From contig CM059425.1 in the NCBI GenBank assembly GCA_030390025.1, positions 161,884,001 through 161,948,000 of the forward strand: a stretch of DNA of 64,000 nucleotides, in the 5' to 3' direction. The stretch's first letter is position 1, and each line of letters begins with the position of its first letter. Source of the DNA: Squalus acanthias (lineage: Eukaryota). A model generated the notes under the pieces. It searched no databases and was not told the origin of the DNA. It saw only the letters and a list, made by a program, of their open reading frames with translations. Below are positions 37,309 through 48,828 of this stretch, piece by piece. The position numbers and the translations under genes are program-made.

Positions 37309-39441
37309 CTACGTCATGTAGCGTGACATGAACCCAAGATCACGGTTGAGGCCGTCCTCATGAGTGCGGAACTTGGCTATCAGTTTCTGCTCGATGATTT
37401 TGCGTTGTCGTGTGTCTCGAAGGCCGCCTTGGAGAACGCTTACCCGCAGATCCGAGGCTGAATGTCCTTGACTGCTGAAGTGTTCCCCGACTGGGAGGTA
37501 ACAATCCTGCCTGGCGATTGTTGCACGGTGTCTGTTCATACGTTGTCTCAGTGTCTGCATGGTCTCGCCGATGTACCATGCTCTGGTGCATCCTTTCCTG
37601 CAACGTATGAGGTAGACAACGTTGGCCGAGTCACATGAGTATGTACCATGTACCTGGTGGGTAGTGTCCTCACGTGTGATGATGGTATCTGTGTTGATGA
37701 TCTGGCATGTCTTGCAGAGGTTGCCGTGGCAGGGTTGTGTGGTGTCGTGGTCGCTGTTATCCTGAAAGCTGGGTAATTTGCTGCGAACGATGGTACTTCT
37801 GAGGTTAGGCGGCTGTTTGAAGGCAAGTAGTGGAGGCGTGGGGATGGCCTTAGCGAGGTGTTCGTCGTCATCGATGACATGTTGAAGGCTGCGAAGAACA
37901 TGGTGTAGTTTCTCCGCTCCGGGGAAGTACTGGACGACGTAGGGTACCCTGTTGGTTGTGTCCCGTGTTCGCCTTCTGAGGAGGTCTATGCGATTTTTCG
38001 CTGTGGCCCGTCGGAACTGTCGATCGATGAGTCGAGCGTCATATCCCGTTCTTACGAGGGCGTCTTTCAGTGTCCGTAGGTGTCCATCGCGTTCCTCCTC
38101 GTCTGAGCAGATCCTGTGTATTCGCAGGGCTTGTCCATAGGGGATGGCTTCTTTAACGTGGTTAGGGTGGAAGCTGGAGAAGTGGAGCATCGTGAGGCTG
38201 TCCGTGGGCTTGCGGTAGAGTGAAGTGCTGAGGTGTCCGTCTTTGATGGAGATTCGTGTGTCCAGGAATGAAACCGATTCTGAGGAGTAGTCCATGGTGA
38301 GTTTGATGGTGGGATGGAACTTGTTGATGTTATCGTGTAGTCTTTTCAGTGATCCTTCGCCGTGGGTCCAAAGGAAGAAAATGTCGTCGATGTATCTGGT
38401 GTACAGCGTTGGCTGGAGGTCCTGTGCAGCGAAGAAGTCTTGCTCGAACTTGTGCATGAAGATGTTGGCGTATTGGGGTGCGAATTTGGTCCCCATGGCT
38501 GTTCCGTGTGTTTGGGTAACAAAATAGTTGTCGAAGGTGAAGACATTGTGGTCAAGGATGAAGCGGATGAGTTGTAGGATGGCGTCTGGAGATTGGCTGT
38601 TGTTGGTGTTGAGTACTGAGGCTGTCGCAGCGATGCCGTCATCGTGGGGGATACTGGTGTAGAGTGCCGATACATCCATCGTGGCGAGGAGTGTTCCTGG
38701 TTCAACTGGTCCGTGGGTGCTGAGTTTCTGTAAGAAGTCTGTGGTGTCGCGGCAGAAGCTGGGGGTTCCCTGTACGATGGGTTTCAGGATGCCCTCGACG
38801 TATCCAGAGAGGTTCTCACACAGGGTTCCGTTGCCTGATACGATAGGACGTCCGGGTGTGTTGGCTTTGTGTATCTTTGGGAAGCAGTAGAAGTCTCCCA
38901 CGCGGGGAGTACGTGGGATGAGAGCGCGTAGGATGCTTTGAAGGTCTGGATCGAAGGTCTTGATCAGTCTATTGAGTTGGCGGGTGTGTTCTTTGGTCGG
39001 ATCTGCGGGTAACTGTCTGTAGTGTTCCAGGTTGTCCAGTTGTCGGTATGCTTCTTTGCAATAGTCCATTCTGTTCTGTATGACGATGGCTCCTCCTTTG
39101 TCCGCTGGTTTGATGACGATGTTGCGGTTGGTCTTGAGAGCGTGGATGGCGTTGCGTTGTGCTCGGGTGACATTCTGGACTGTCTTGTGAGTGCGGCTGA
39201 TGAATCTGGCGTTGATGCATCTCCTGACAGCTTGAGCATACATGTCAAGCTTAGGGCAGCGACCCTCCGGAGGGGTCCAATTTGACTCTTTCTTCTTCGG
39301 TTGCTGCACTGCGAGTCCCTCTGTCTGCTGTTCCGGATCATTGATTGTCTCATTGGGTTCGTTGCTGACATCTTGGGATTCGTGGTTTTCCATACAGACT
39401 GCAGCATTTGACACATTAGACCCCCTGTGACCCCACCTCAT
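37309..39441 (-). CDS. Penelope-like reverse transcriptase with GIY-YIG endonuclease (probably 5'-truncated, reading frame intact)
   Basis: IKPADKGG, PKIHK, GRPIVS, DVSALYTSIP, GTAMG, RYIDD; Cys linker CHGNLCKTC; VVYLIRC...YIGET; HF...H; GLN. The first ~20 codons lie within the inverted repeat. Confidence 0.93.
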   Translation of the reverse strand: MRWGHRGSNVSNAAVCMENHESQDVSNEPNETINDPEQQTEGLAVQQPKKKESNWTPPEGRCPKLDMYAQAVRRCINARFISRTHKTVQNVTRAQRNAIHALKTNRNIVIKPADKGGAIVIQNRMDYCKEAYRQLDNLEHYRQLPADPTKEHTRQLNRLIKTFDPDLQSILRALIPRTPRVGDFYCFPKIHKANTPGRPIVSGNGTLCENLSGYVEGILKPIVQGTPSFCRDTTDFLQKLSTHGPVEPGTLLATMDVSALYTSIPHDDGIAATASVLNTNNSQSPDAILQLIRFILDHNVFTFDNYFVTQTHGTAMGTKFAPQYANIFMHKFEQDFFAAQDLQPTLYTRYIDDIFFLWTHGEGSLKRLHDNINKFHPTIKLTMDYSSESVSFLDTRISIKDGHLSTSLYRKPTDSLTMLHFSSFHPNHVKEAIPYGQALRIHRICSDEEERDGHLRTLKDALVRTGYDARLIDRQFRRATAKNRIDLLRRRTRDTTNRVPYVVQYFPGAEKLHHVLRSLQHVIDDDEHLAKAIPTPPLLAFKQPPNLRSTIVRSKLPSFQDNSDHDTTQPCHGNLCKTCQIINTDTIITREDTTHQVHGTYSCDSANVVYLIRCRKGCTRAWYIGETMQTLRQRMNRHRATIARQDCYLPVGEHFSSQGHSASDLRVSVLQGGLRDTRQRKIIEQKLIAKFRTHEDGLNRDLGFMSRYMT

Positions 39442-39620
39442 TGTCTCAGTTGTATCTTGCTATGTCTTTGATGTGGTGCCTTCCTGGCTGACCTGATTGT
39501 TTCTCTGCTGAGGTGTGACGAAAGGCAGTCAGAAGGATTAAATGTAGTTGTCTGACATTGTACGCTACACATGCATTGTTCTCTGTCTATATATGCTTTG
39601 CCGATTCGTATTCCTTCACT

Positions 39621-39658
39621 TCACCTGACGAAGGGGCAGCAGCTCCGAAAGCTTGTGA
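39621..39658 (+). ncRNA. Hammerhead motif in the inverted pseudo-LTR
   Basis: Exact inverted copy of 36954-36991. Confidence 0.8.
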
Positions 39659-41386
39659 TTTCAAATAAAACTGTTGGACTATAACCTGGTGTTGTGCGAC
39701 TTCTCACTTTTGTCCACCCCAGTCCAACACCGGCATCTCCGCATCTTGTCCTTCTAGGTGGTAGAGGTCAGGGGTTTGGGAGGTGCTGTCGAAGAAGCCT
39801 TGACGAGTTGTTGCAGTGCATCTTGTAGATGGTACACACTGCAGCCACGGTGCGCCAGTGGTGGAGGGAGTGAAAGTTTAAGGTGGCGGATGGGGTGCCA
39901 ATCAAGCTGGCTGCTTTGTCCTGGATGTTGTTCAGTTTCTTGAGTGTTGTGAGAGCTGCACTCATCCAGGCAAGTGGAGAATATTTCATCACACTCCTGA
40001 CTTATGCCTTGTAGATGGTGGAAAGGCTTTGAGGAGTCAGGAGGTGAGCCACTCGCTGCAGAATACCTAGCCTCTGACCTGCTCTTCTTGCCACAGTATT
40101 TATGTGGCTGGTCCAGTTAAGTTTCTGGTCAATGGTGACCCCCAGGATGTTGATGGTGGGGGATTCGGCAATGGCAATGCCGTTGAATGTCAAGGGGCGG
40201 TGGTTAGACTCTCTCTTGCTGGAGATGATAAGTGCCTGGCACTTGTATGGCACGAATGTTACATGCCAGTTAACAGCCCAAGCCTGAATGTTATCCAGGT
40301 CTTGCTGCATGCAGGCATGGACTGTTTCATTATCTGAGGAGTTGCGAATGGCACTGAACACTGTGCAATCATCAGCAAACATCCCCACTTCTGACCCTAT
40401 GATGGAGGGAAGGTCATTGATGAAGCAGCTGAAGATGGTTGGGCCTAGGACACTGCCCTGAGGAACTCCTGCAGCGATGTCCTGGGGCTGAGATGATTGG
40501 CCTTCAACAACCACAACCATCTTCTTTTGTGCTAGGTATGACTCCAGCCAGTGGAGATTTTTCCCCGATTCCCATTGACTTCAATTTTACTAGGGCTCCT
40601 TGATGCCACACACGGTAAAATGCTGTCTTGATGTCAAGGGCAGCCACTCTCACCTCATCTCTGGAATTCAGCTCTTTTGTCCATGTTTGGACCAAGGCTG
40701 TAATGAGGTCTGGAGCCGAGTGGTGCTGGTGGAATCAAAACTGAGCATCGGTGAGCAGGTTATTTGTGAGTAAGTGCCGCTTAATAGCACTGTCAATGAC
40801 ACGTTCCATCACTTTGCTGATGATTGAGAGTAGACTGATGGGGCGGTAATTGGCCGGATTAAATTTCTCCTGCTTTTTGTGGACAGGACACACCTGGGCA
40901 ATTTTCCAAATTGTCGGGTAGGTGCCAGTGTTGTAGCTGTATTGGAATAGCTTGGCTAGAGACACGGCTAGTTTGGGAGCACAAGTCTTCAGCACGACAA
41001 CCGGGATGTTGTCAGGGCCCATAGCCTTTGCTGTAGCCAGTGCGCTCAGCCGTTTCTTGATATCACGTGGAGTGAATCGAATTGGTTGAAGAATGGCTTC
41101 TGTGATGGTGGGGATCTCAGGAGGTGGCTGAGATGGATCATCTACGTGGCACTTCTGGCTGAAGATGGTTGCAAACGCTTCAGCCTTGTCTTCTGCACTC
41201 ACGTGCTGGGTTCCGCCAAATTTGAGGATGGGGATGTTCAGGAACCTCCTCCTCCCGTTAGTTGTTTAATTGTTCACCACCATTCATAACTGGATGTTGC
41301 AGGACTGCAGAGCTTTGATCTGATCTGATGGTTGTGGGATCGCTTAGCTCTGTCTATAGCATGCTGTTTCCACTGTTTAGTATGTA

Positions 41387-41750
41387 CAGGAAACTCTCTT
41401 TTAACCGGCACCCAAATAACCGGAAATCTCTCTTAACCGGCAAAATTCTTGAGTAGGTAACCGGGGTTTTCCTTCATCTCTCCTTTAAAAATAACTTTTA
41501 AAAAAACCCCGAGGCGTTTGCCTTGTATCGGAGCATGTAGATTGGGAGGGGAATGTGCAGCCCGGGTAGGCAGCGGACACGACAGATGGTCAGCTGGCGG
41601 TCCCCGGGGAGACGGAGCTCCGAATGCAGGCGCATGTCAATGTGTACGGGGCTCTCGTACGTTGGGAGATATAACTCTCCATTATCTGGACTTTTTGATT
41701 AACCGGCACCACGCCGGTCCCGTCGGTGCCGGTTAATAAAGAGTTTCCTG
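41387..41750. mobile_element. Tc1/mariner-pogo (Tigger-like) MITE
   Basis: 26-bp TIRs CAGGAAACTCT(C/T)T(T/A)TTAACCGGCACC with 2 mismatches; TA TSD; internal TAACCGG repeats. Confidence 0.9.
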
Positions 41751-42076
41751 TATGTAGTCCTGTGTTGTAACTTCACCAGGTTGGCACCTCATTTTTAGGT
41801 ACGCCTGGTGCTGTTCTACAGGCCTCTTTGAACCCTGGCTTGATGGTAATGGTAGAGTGAAGAATATGCCAGGCCATGAGGTTACAGATTGTGGTGCAAT
41901 ATAATTCTGCTGCCACTGATGGCCCAAAGCGCCTCATGGCTGCCCAGTTTTGATCTACTAGATCTGTTCTGAATCTATCCTATTTAGCACGGTGGTAGTG
42001 CCACACAACACGATGGAGGGTGTCCTCAGTGTGAAGATGGGACTTTGTCTCCACAAGGACTATGCAGTGGTCACTG

Positions 42077-42870
42077 TGCACTATAGCTACATAACTCTCC
42101 TAACGCATGACAATTGCCTTGCCCAACCCCAAATGCTCTTCCACCACTTTAACACCCTCACACCCCCCATCTATTACTTCACCTCTCCCATGCTGCTTGT
42201 CAAACACTCCTTAACTGCCAGTTTACTTAACTCTTTGCAGGAGAAATTGGCGCACAATGCCTGCAGCCTGGAGGGGGTTTTCCCACCTTTAAATCCCTCA
42301 CTCGCTTCAAAGACAAGGTCAGGCAGCTCATGTGGAGGTAATGAAGCTCTTGTCATAGGAGATACTAGGGCAACGTCACCTTGTCAGCACCAGGGTACTG
42401 ACTGAGCACCTGCACTGTCACCCTAGCTTCCTTGTGAGGCACCACACAGCCACAACCTTCCACCCCTTTCGATATCTCCTTAAACCCAAGAGTGATGTTC
42501 TCCCATTCTTGCCTTCGACCCACCCTTCCTAGAGATCCACCAAAGCACACAGGTGGCATAGGGGAAGGAAGATAATGGTGAAGAGGATGATGAAATCCAT
42601 GCCAACCAGAAGTCGCAGCTGCATGATACTGGAATCATTCAGGTCCGCAGCACATGCCAGGCCTCCAGCTGTCCCCTCAGAACACCATGTCAGTGGAACA
42701 TGGAAGGTGAGCCCAGGCTGCCCAAAAATCCCCTCCAGAGATGCAACCAGTAGCAGCTCCATGCCAGGTGCCAGTTGCCATGCGGCAAGGGCCACCTCAG
42801 TCCCGTGACCCTTCTGTACAGCATGAGAAGTAAACCACTTCCCACAATCCTGCCCCTCACGTGGCACCTA
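42077..42870 (+). mobile_element. Harbinger Myb-like gene fragment (intron and exon 2 onward)
   Basis: TCTTTGCAG|GAGAAATTGGCGCACAAT matches the exon-2 starts at ~59310 (GACAAGATGGCGCACAAT) and 55121 (minus strand). Confidence 0.5.
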
Positions 42871-42974
42871 GAAGCACAATAATAGGAAAAAAGCCACTGA
42901 GTGTGTTTCTATAATCGATCAAATAGGTCAATCTCTCTTTAGATTAGAACAGCACTGTAAGTCCTATAACCCAA

Positions 42975-45900
42975 TTAAGGATGGGGCTTTAAACTAAATA
43001 GTGGGGGGGAAGGTTCAGGTGAAGGGGAATTTAGAAAATCAAAGAGAAAAGAGAAGGCAATAGTGCAGGGTAGCGATAGGAGTAATGATAACCAGAGTGT
43101 GACAGGAGGAGACAGAGCTTACGAACATAAGCGTGCACCAGCAAATAGTTTCAGAGTAGGTAAAAATGGTATAAAGAAAAAATTAAAAGCTCTTTATCTG
43201 AATGCACGCAGCATTCGTAACAAGATAGATGAGTTGACGGCACAAATAGAAATAAATGGGTATGATCTGATAGCCATTACAGAGACGTGGTTGCAAGGTG
43301 ACCAAGGCTGGGAACTGAATATTCAGGGGTATTTGACATTTCGGAAGGATAGGCAGAAATGAAAAGGAGGTGGGGTAGCTCTGTTAATAAAGGATGAGAT
43401 CAGTGCAGTGGTGAGAAATAATATTGGCTCAGAAGAGCAGGATGTAGAATCAGTTTGGGTGGAGATAAGAAATAGTAAGGGAAAGAAGTCAATGGTGGGA
43501 GTAGTCTTTCGGCCCCCTAACAGTAGCTACACTGTAGGACAGAGTATAAATCAAGAAATAATGGGGGCTTGTAAGAAAGGTACTGCAATAATCATGGGCG
43601 ATTTTAATCTTCATATAGATTGGACAAATCAAATTGGTAGCCTCGAGGACGAGTTCATAGAATGTATTTGGGATGGTTTTTTGGAACAAAACGTTGTGGA
43701 ACCAACCAGGGAAAAGGCTATTTTAGATCTGGTAATGTGTAATGAGACAGGATTAATGAATGATCTCATAGTAAAGGATCCTCTAGGGAAGAGTGATCAT
43801 AGCATGGTTGAATTTCAAATTCAGTTTGAGGGTGAGAAACTTGTGTCTGAAACTAGTGTCCTAAACTTAAATAAAGGCAATTACAAAGGTATGAAGACAG
43901 AGTTGGCTAAAGTAGACTGGGAAAACAGATTAAAGGGTAAGACGGTAGATAAGCAGTGGCAGACATTTAAGGAGATATTTCATAACTCTCAGCAAAGTTT
44001 TATTCCAGTGAGAAAGAAAGACTCTATGAGAAGGATGAACCATCTGTGGCTAACTAAGGAAGTTAAGGATGGTATCAAATTGAAAGAAAAGGCATACAAT
44101 GTTGCGAAGATTAGTGGTAGGCCAGAGGATTGGGAAATTTTTAGAAACCAGCAAAGGATGACTAAAAAAATAATAAAGAGAGAGAAGATGAATTATGAGA
44201 GTGAACTGGCAAGAAATATAAAAACTGACAGTAAGCGCTTCTACAGGTATATAAAAAGGAAGAGAGTAGCTAAAGTAAACGTTGGTCCCATAGAGGATGG
44301 GACTGGGAAATTAATAATGGGAAACAGGGAAACGGCAGAGACTTTGAACAAATATTTTGTATCGGTCTTCACGGTAGAAGACACTAAAATAATAATTAAT
44401 AATCAAGGGGCTATAGGGAGGGAGGAACTAAAGACAATGACTATCACTAGAGAAAAAGTACTAGGCAAACTAATGGGACGAAAGGCTACATCCTAGGGTC
44501 TTAAAAGAAGTGGCTGCAGAGATAGTGGATGCGTTGGTTGTAATCAACCAAAATTCCCTGGATTGTGGAGAGGTCCCAGTGGATTGGAAAACCGCAAATG
44601 TAACGCCCCTATTCAAGAAAGAAGGGAGGCAAAACCCAGGAAACTATAGGCCAGTTAGCCTAACATCTGTCATTGGGAAAATGCTGGAATCCATTATTAA
44701 GGAAGTAATAGCAGGACATTTAGAAAATCATAATACAATCAAGCGGAGTCAACATGGTTTTATGAAAGGGAAATCGTGTTGGACAAATTTACTAGAGTTC
44801 TTTGAGGATGTAACGAGCAGGGTGGATAAAGGGGAACCAGTAGATGTAGTGTATTTGGATTTCCAGAAGGCATTCGATAAGGTGCCACATAAAAGGTTAC
44901 TGCACAAGGTAAGAGCTCAAGGGGTTGGGGGTAATATATTAGCATGGATAGAGGATTGGCTAACTAACAGAAAACAAAGAGTCGGGATAAATGGGTCATT
45001 TTCCGGTTGGCAAACTGTAAATAGTGGGGTGCCACAAGGATCAGTGCTGGGGCCTCAACTATTTACAATCTATATTAATGGCTGGGATGAAGGGACCGTG
45101 TGTACTGTAGCCAAATTTGCTGATGATACAAAGATAGGTGGGAAAGCAAGTTGTGCGGAAGACACAAAGAGACTTCAAAGGGATATAGATAGGTTAAGTG
45201 AGTGGGCAAAATTTGGCAGATGGAGTATAATGTGGGAAAATGTGAGGTTATCCACTTTGGTAGGAAAAATAAAAAAGCAAATTATTATTTAAATGGAGCG
45301 AGACTACATAATGCTGCGGTACAGAGGGATCTGGGGGTCCTCGTACATGAAACACAAAAAGTTAGCATGCAGGTACAGCAAGTAATTAGGAAGGCAAATG
45401 GAGTGTTGGCCTTTATTGCAAAGGGGATGGAGTATAAAAGTAGGGAAGTCTTGCTACAACTGTACAGGGCGCTGGTGAGACCACACCTGGAATACTGCGT
45501 ACAGTTTTGGTCTCCTTATTTAAGGAGGGATATACTTGCATTGGAGGCAGTTCAGAGAAGGTTCACTAGGTTAATTCCTGAGATGAAGGAGTTGTCTTAT
45601 GAAGAAAGGTTGAGCAGGTTGGGTCCATACTCATTGGAGTTTAGAAGAATGAGAGGTGATCTTATTGAAACATATAAGATTCTGAGGGGGCTTGACAGGG
45701 TAGATGCAGGGAGGATGTTTCCCCTCATGGGGGAATCTAGAACTAGGGGGCACAGTTTCAGGATAAGGGGTCGCCCATTTAAAACGGAGATGAGGAGGAA
45801 TTTCTTCTCTCAGAGGGTTGTGAATCTTTGGAATTCTCTACCCCAGAGAGCTGTGGAGGTGGAGTCATTGAATATATTCAAGGCAGAGATAGACATATAT

Positions 45901-46049
45901 TTGAGCTACAAGGGAGTCAAGGGTTATGGGGAGCGGGTGGGAAAGTGGCGCTGAGGCCAAGATCAGATCAGCCATGATCTTATTGAATGGCGGGGCAGGC
46001 TTGAGGGGCCAAATGGCCTACTCCTGCTCCTATTTCTTATGTTCTTATG
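42975..46049 (+). mobile_element. CR1 LINE with near-complete ORF2 (APE + RT), pseudogenised
   Basis: [39 protein letters not shown]. Stop at 43360 and several frameshifts. CTTATGTT-type tail; TSD TAACCCAA (42967-42974 / 46050-46057). Confidence 0.95.
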
Positions 46050-47110
46050 TAACCCAACACTGAAAATGAGAATGAGTCCATATCTTGGCCCTCTATGGGA
46101 CGCGAGATGGTCCAAGCGCTGCTGCTTTGTCTCTTCTTGGTTTGAATTAATCCAAAGGGAATACCATTTTGGGAGATACATTATGCATTCAAAGAAGAGG
46201 ATCTAAATGTGCATTGGTGTTCCAGTCTTTACTGTCTGACATTCCCACTATCTTCTTTTTAATACAGATATACCTGACTAAAAATTTGATTGCGTAGTCC
46301 CCATTGTTTCGGGGCTACGGGTGCCATTTTGGGTCAAATATGGCGTCAGAGCCGTGCACAAACACTTCTGATACGGGCCGTCTTGGTGACGAGTAGGCAG
46401 ATCATGACGTCAATCATTGTGCAACGCTGATTTGATGCCAGCACTGTCATTTTCGTCCTCAACGCTGGTTGGGGTCCTTGCAGCTGCTGACCGCATGTTC
46501 TGTTGTGCGATGTTAACATAGAGCGTTAGTTCGAGTGATATTTAAAGGGATCATGAACTACTCTCAGGTGAGTTGCTGATTAATTTCTACTGGCTCTGTG
46601 TAAGTTTGTGGAGGTGTTTGGCGCTTTCCAGAGTTGTTTTAAGTTGGTGAGGTGACAGGGAGTGGTGCTGCAAGTGGAGAAGGCCTTGCTTCTGACTTCA
46701 AGGGTTCTGGTCAGACCACTTGCTCCCAGTCATGGGTGCTCTAGTTGTCATCCCCATTGGCCTGCAGCATGACAGGGAGATAGAGCAGAGGCAGCAAAGA
46801 ATAGGACAAGCTGCTCGCAGAGGGAGGAGGAGGAGTGGGGAGAAGGGCTCTCAGCAGGAGGCCTTACCCAACTAAAGTCTTCCGAGAGCAATTCTCTTAC
46901 CTCAATCTGAGCCAGGAGCAGTGTGTAAGGCTTCTGCGCTCTACGAAGGAGGTGCTCACAGAACTCTGCAACCTCTGGCAACCAGACCTGCAGCCTTACA
47001 CCAGGGCAAGGACAGCGCTACCAGTGGATGTGAAGGTGACCATGTCCCTGAATTTCTTTGCGTCGGGATCCTTCCAGGCTGGAGCAGGTGACATCTGTAA
47101 CATCTCCCAG

Positions 47111-48667
47111 TTGAAAGCCAATAAATCCCCAGGGCCTAATAATCTGCATCCCAGAGTACTAAAAGAGGTAGCCATGGAAATAGTGGATGCATTGGTTGTC
47201 ATCTTCCAAAATTCTATAGATTATGGAACAGTTCCTGCAGATTGGAGGGTGGCAAATGTAACCCCACTATTTAAAAAAGGAGGGAGAGAGAAAACAGGGA
47301 ACTACATCAGTAGTAGGGAAAATGCTAGAGTCTATTTTAAAGGATGTGATAACAGGACACTTAGAAAATATCAACGGGATTAGACAAAGTCAACATGGAT
47401 TTATGAAAGGGAAATCGTGTTTGACAAACCTACTGGAGTTTTTTGAGGATGTAACTGGTAGAATAGATAAGGGAGAACCAGTGGATGTGGTGTATTTGGA
47501 TTTTCAGAAGGCCTTTGATAAAGTTCCACATAAGGGGTTAGTGTGCCAAATTAAAGCACATGGGATTGGGGGTAATATACTGGCATGGATTGAAAATTGG
47601 TTAACAGACAGGAAAGAGAGAGTAGGAATAAATGAGTCTTTTTTGGGGTGGCAGGCGGTGACTAGTGGGGTACCGCAGGGATCAATGCTTGGGCCCCAGC
47701 TATTCACAATATATATCAATGATTTGGATGAGGGAACCAAATGTAATATTTCCAAGTTTGCTGACGACACAAAACTAGGTGGGATTATGAGTTGTGAGGA
47801 GGATGCAAAGAGGCTTCAAGGCGATTTAGACAAGTTGAGTGAGTGGGCAAATACATGGCAGATGCAGTACAACGTGGATAAATGTGAAGTTATCCACTTC
47901 GGTAGGAAAAACAGAAAGGCAGAGTATTACTTAAATGGTGATAGATTGGGAAATGTTGATGTACAGAGGGACCTGGGTGTCCTTGTACACCAGTCACTGA
48001 AAGCAAACATGCAGGTGCAGCAAGCAGTTAGGAAGGCCTTCATTGCAAGAGGATTTGAGTACAGGAGCAAGGATGTCTTACCACAGTTATACAGGGCCTT
48101 GGTGAGACCACACCTGGCGTACTGTGTGCAGTTTTGGTCTCCTTACCGAAGAAAGGATATACTTGCCATAGAGGGAGTGCAGCGAAGGTTCACCAGACTG
48201 ATTCCTGGGATGGCAGGACTGTCGTATGAGGAGAGATTGGGTCGACTAGACCTGTATTCACTCGAGTTTCGAAGAATGAGAGGGGATCTCATTGAAACAT
48301 ATAAAATTCTGACAGGGCTAGACAGACTGGATGCAGGGAGGATGTTTCCCCTGGCTGGGGGGTCTAGAACGAGGGGTCACAGTCTCAGGATATGGGGTAG
48401 GACATTTAGGACTGAGATGAGGAGAAATTTCTTCACTCAAGAGGGTGGTGAACCTGTGGAATTCTCTACCACAGAAGGCTGTGGAGGCCAAGTCACTGAA
48501 TATATTTAAGAAGGAGATAGATAGATTTCTAGACACAAAAGGCATCGAGGGGTATGGGGAGAGAGCGGGAATATGGTATTGAGATAGAGGATCAGCCATG
48601 ATCATATTGAATAGCGGAGCAGGCTTGAAGGGCCGAATGGCCTACTCCTGCTCCTATTTTTCTATGT
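47111..48667 (+). mobile_element. CR1 LINE, 5'-truncated, inserted in the transposase
   Basis: 395-aa RT ORF 47322-48509; CR1 tail at 48590-48667. Confidence 0.93.
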
Positions 48668-48828
48668 TTTGCCATCCACTGCTGCATAAGAGCGCTGACA
48701 GGCGCTCTTTATGCCAGGAGAGGAGAGTTCACTGTCTTCTCTCTGAGCAGAGAGAAGCAGGCAGAGCGTGCATGTGGCTTTGCTAGGATAGTGGGGTTCC
48801 CCATGGTGCAGGGTGCCATCGACTGCAC

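Larger units (their letters stand above)
36906..39744 (-). mobile_element. Penelope-like element (Neptune type) with inverted pseudo-LTRs
   Basis: 13-bp TSD CTTGTCCTTCTAG (36893-36905 / 39745-39757). ~323-bp inverted repeats (36906-37228 / 39383-39706) plus a ~37-nt tail. Confidence 0.95.
36625..42076 (-). mobile_element. CR1-group (Zenon-like) LINE, 5'-truncated, interrupted by the Penelope element and a Tigger-like MITE
   Basis: LINE sequence is colinear across both insertions. RT ORFs 40002-40520 ([14 protein letters not shown]) and 40735-41202. Confidence 0.9.

Noticed and set aside
37952..39430. Multiple overlapping and antisense ORFs
   Set aside because: Shadow frames of the GC-rich Penelope ORF.
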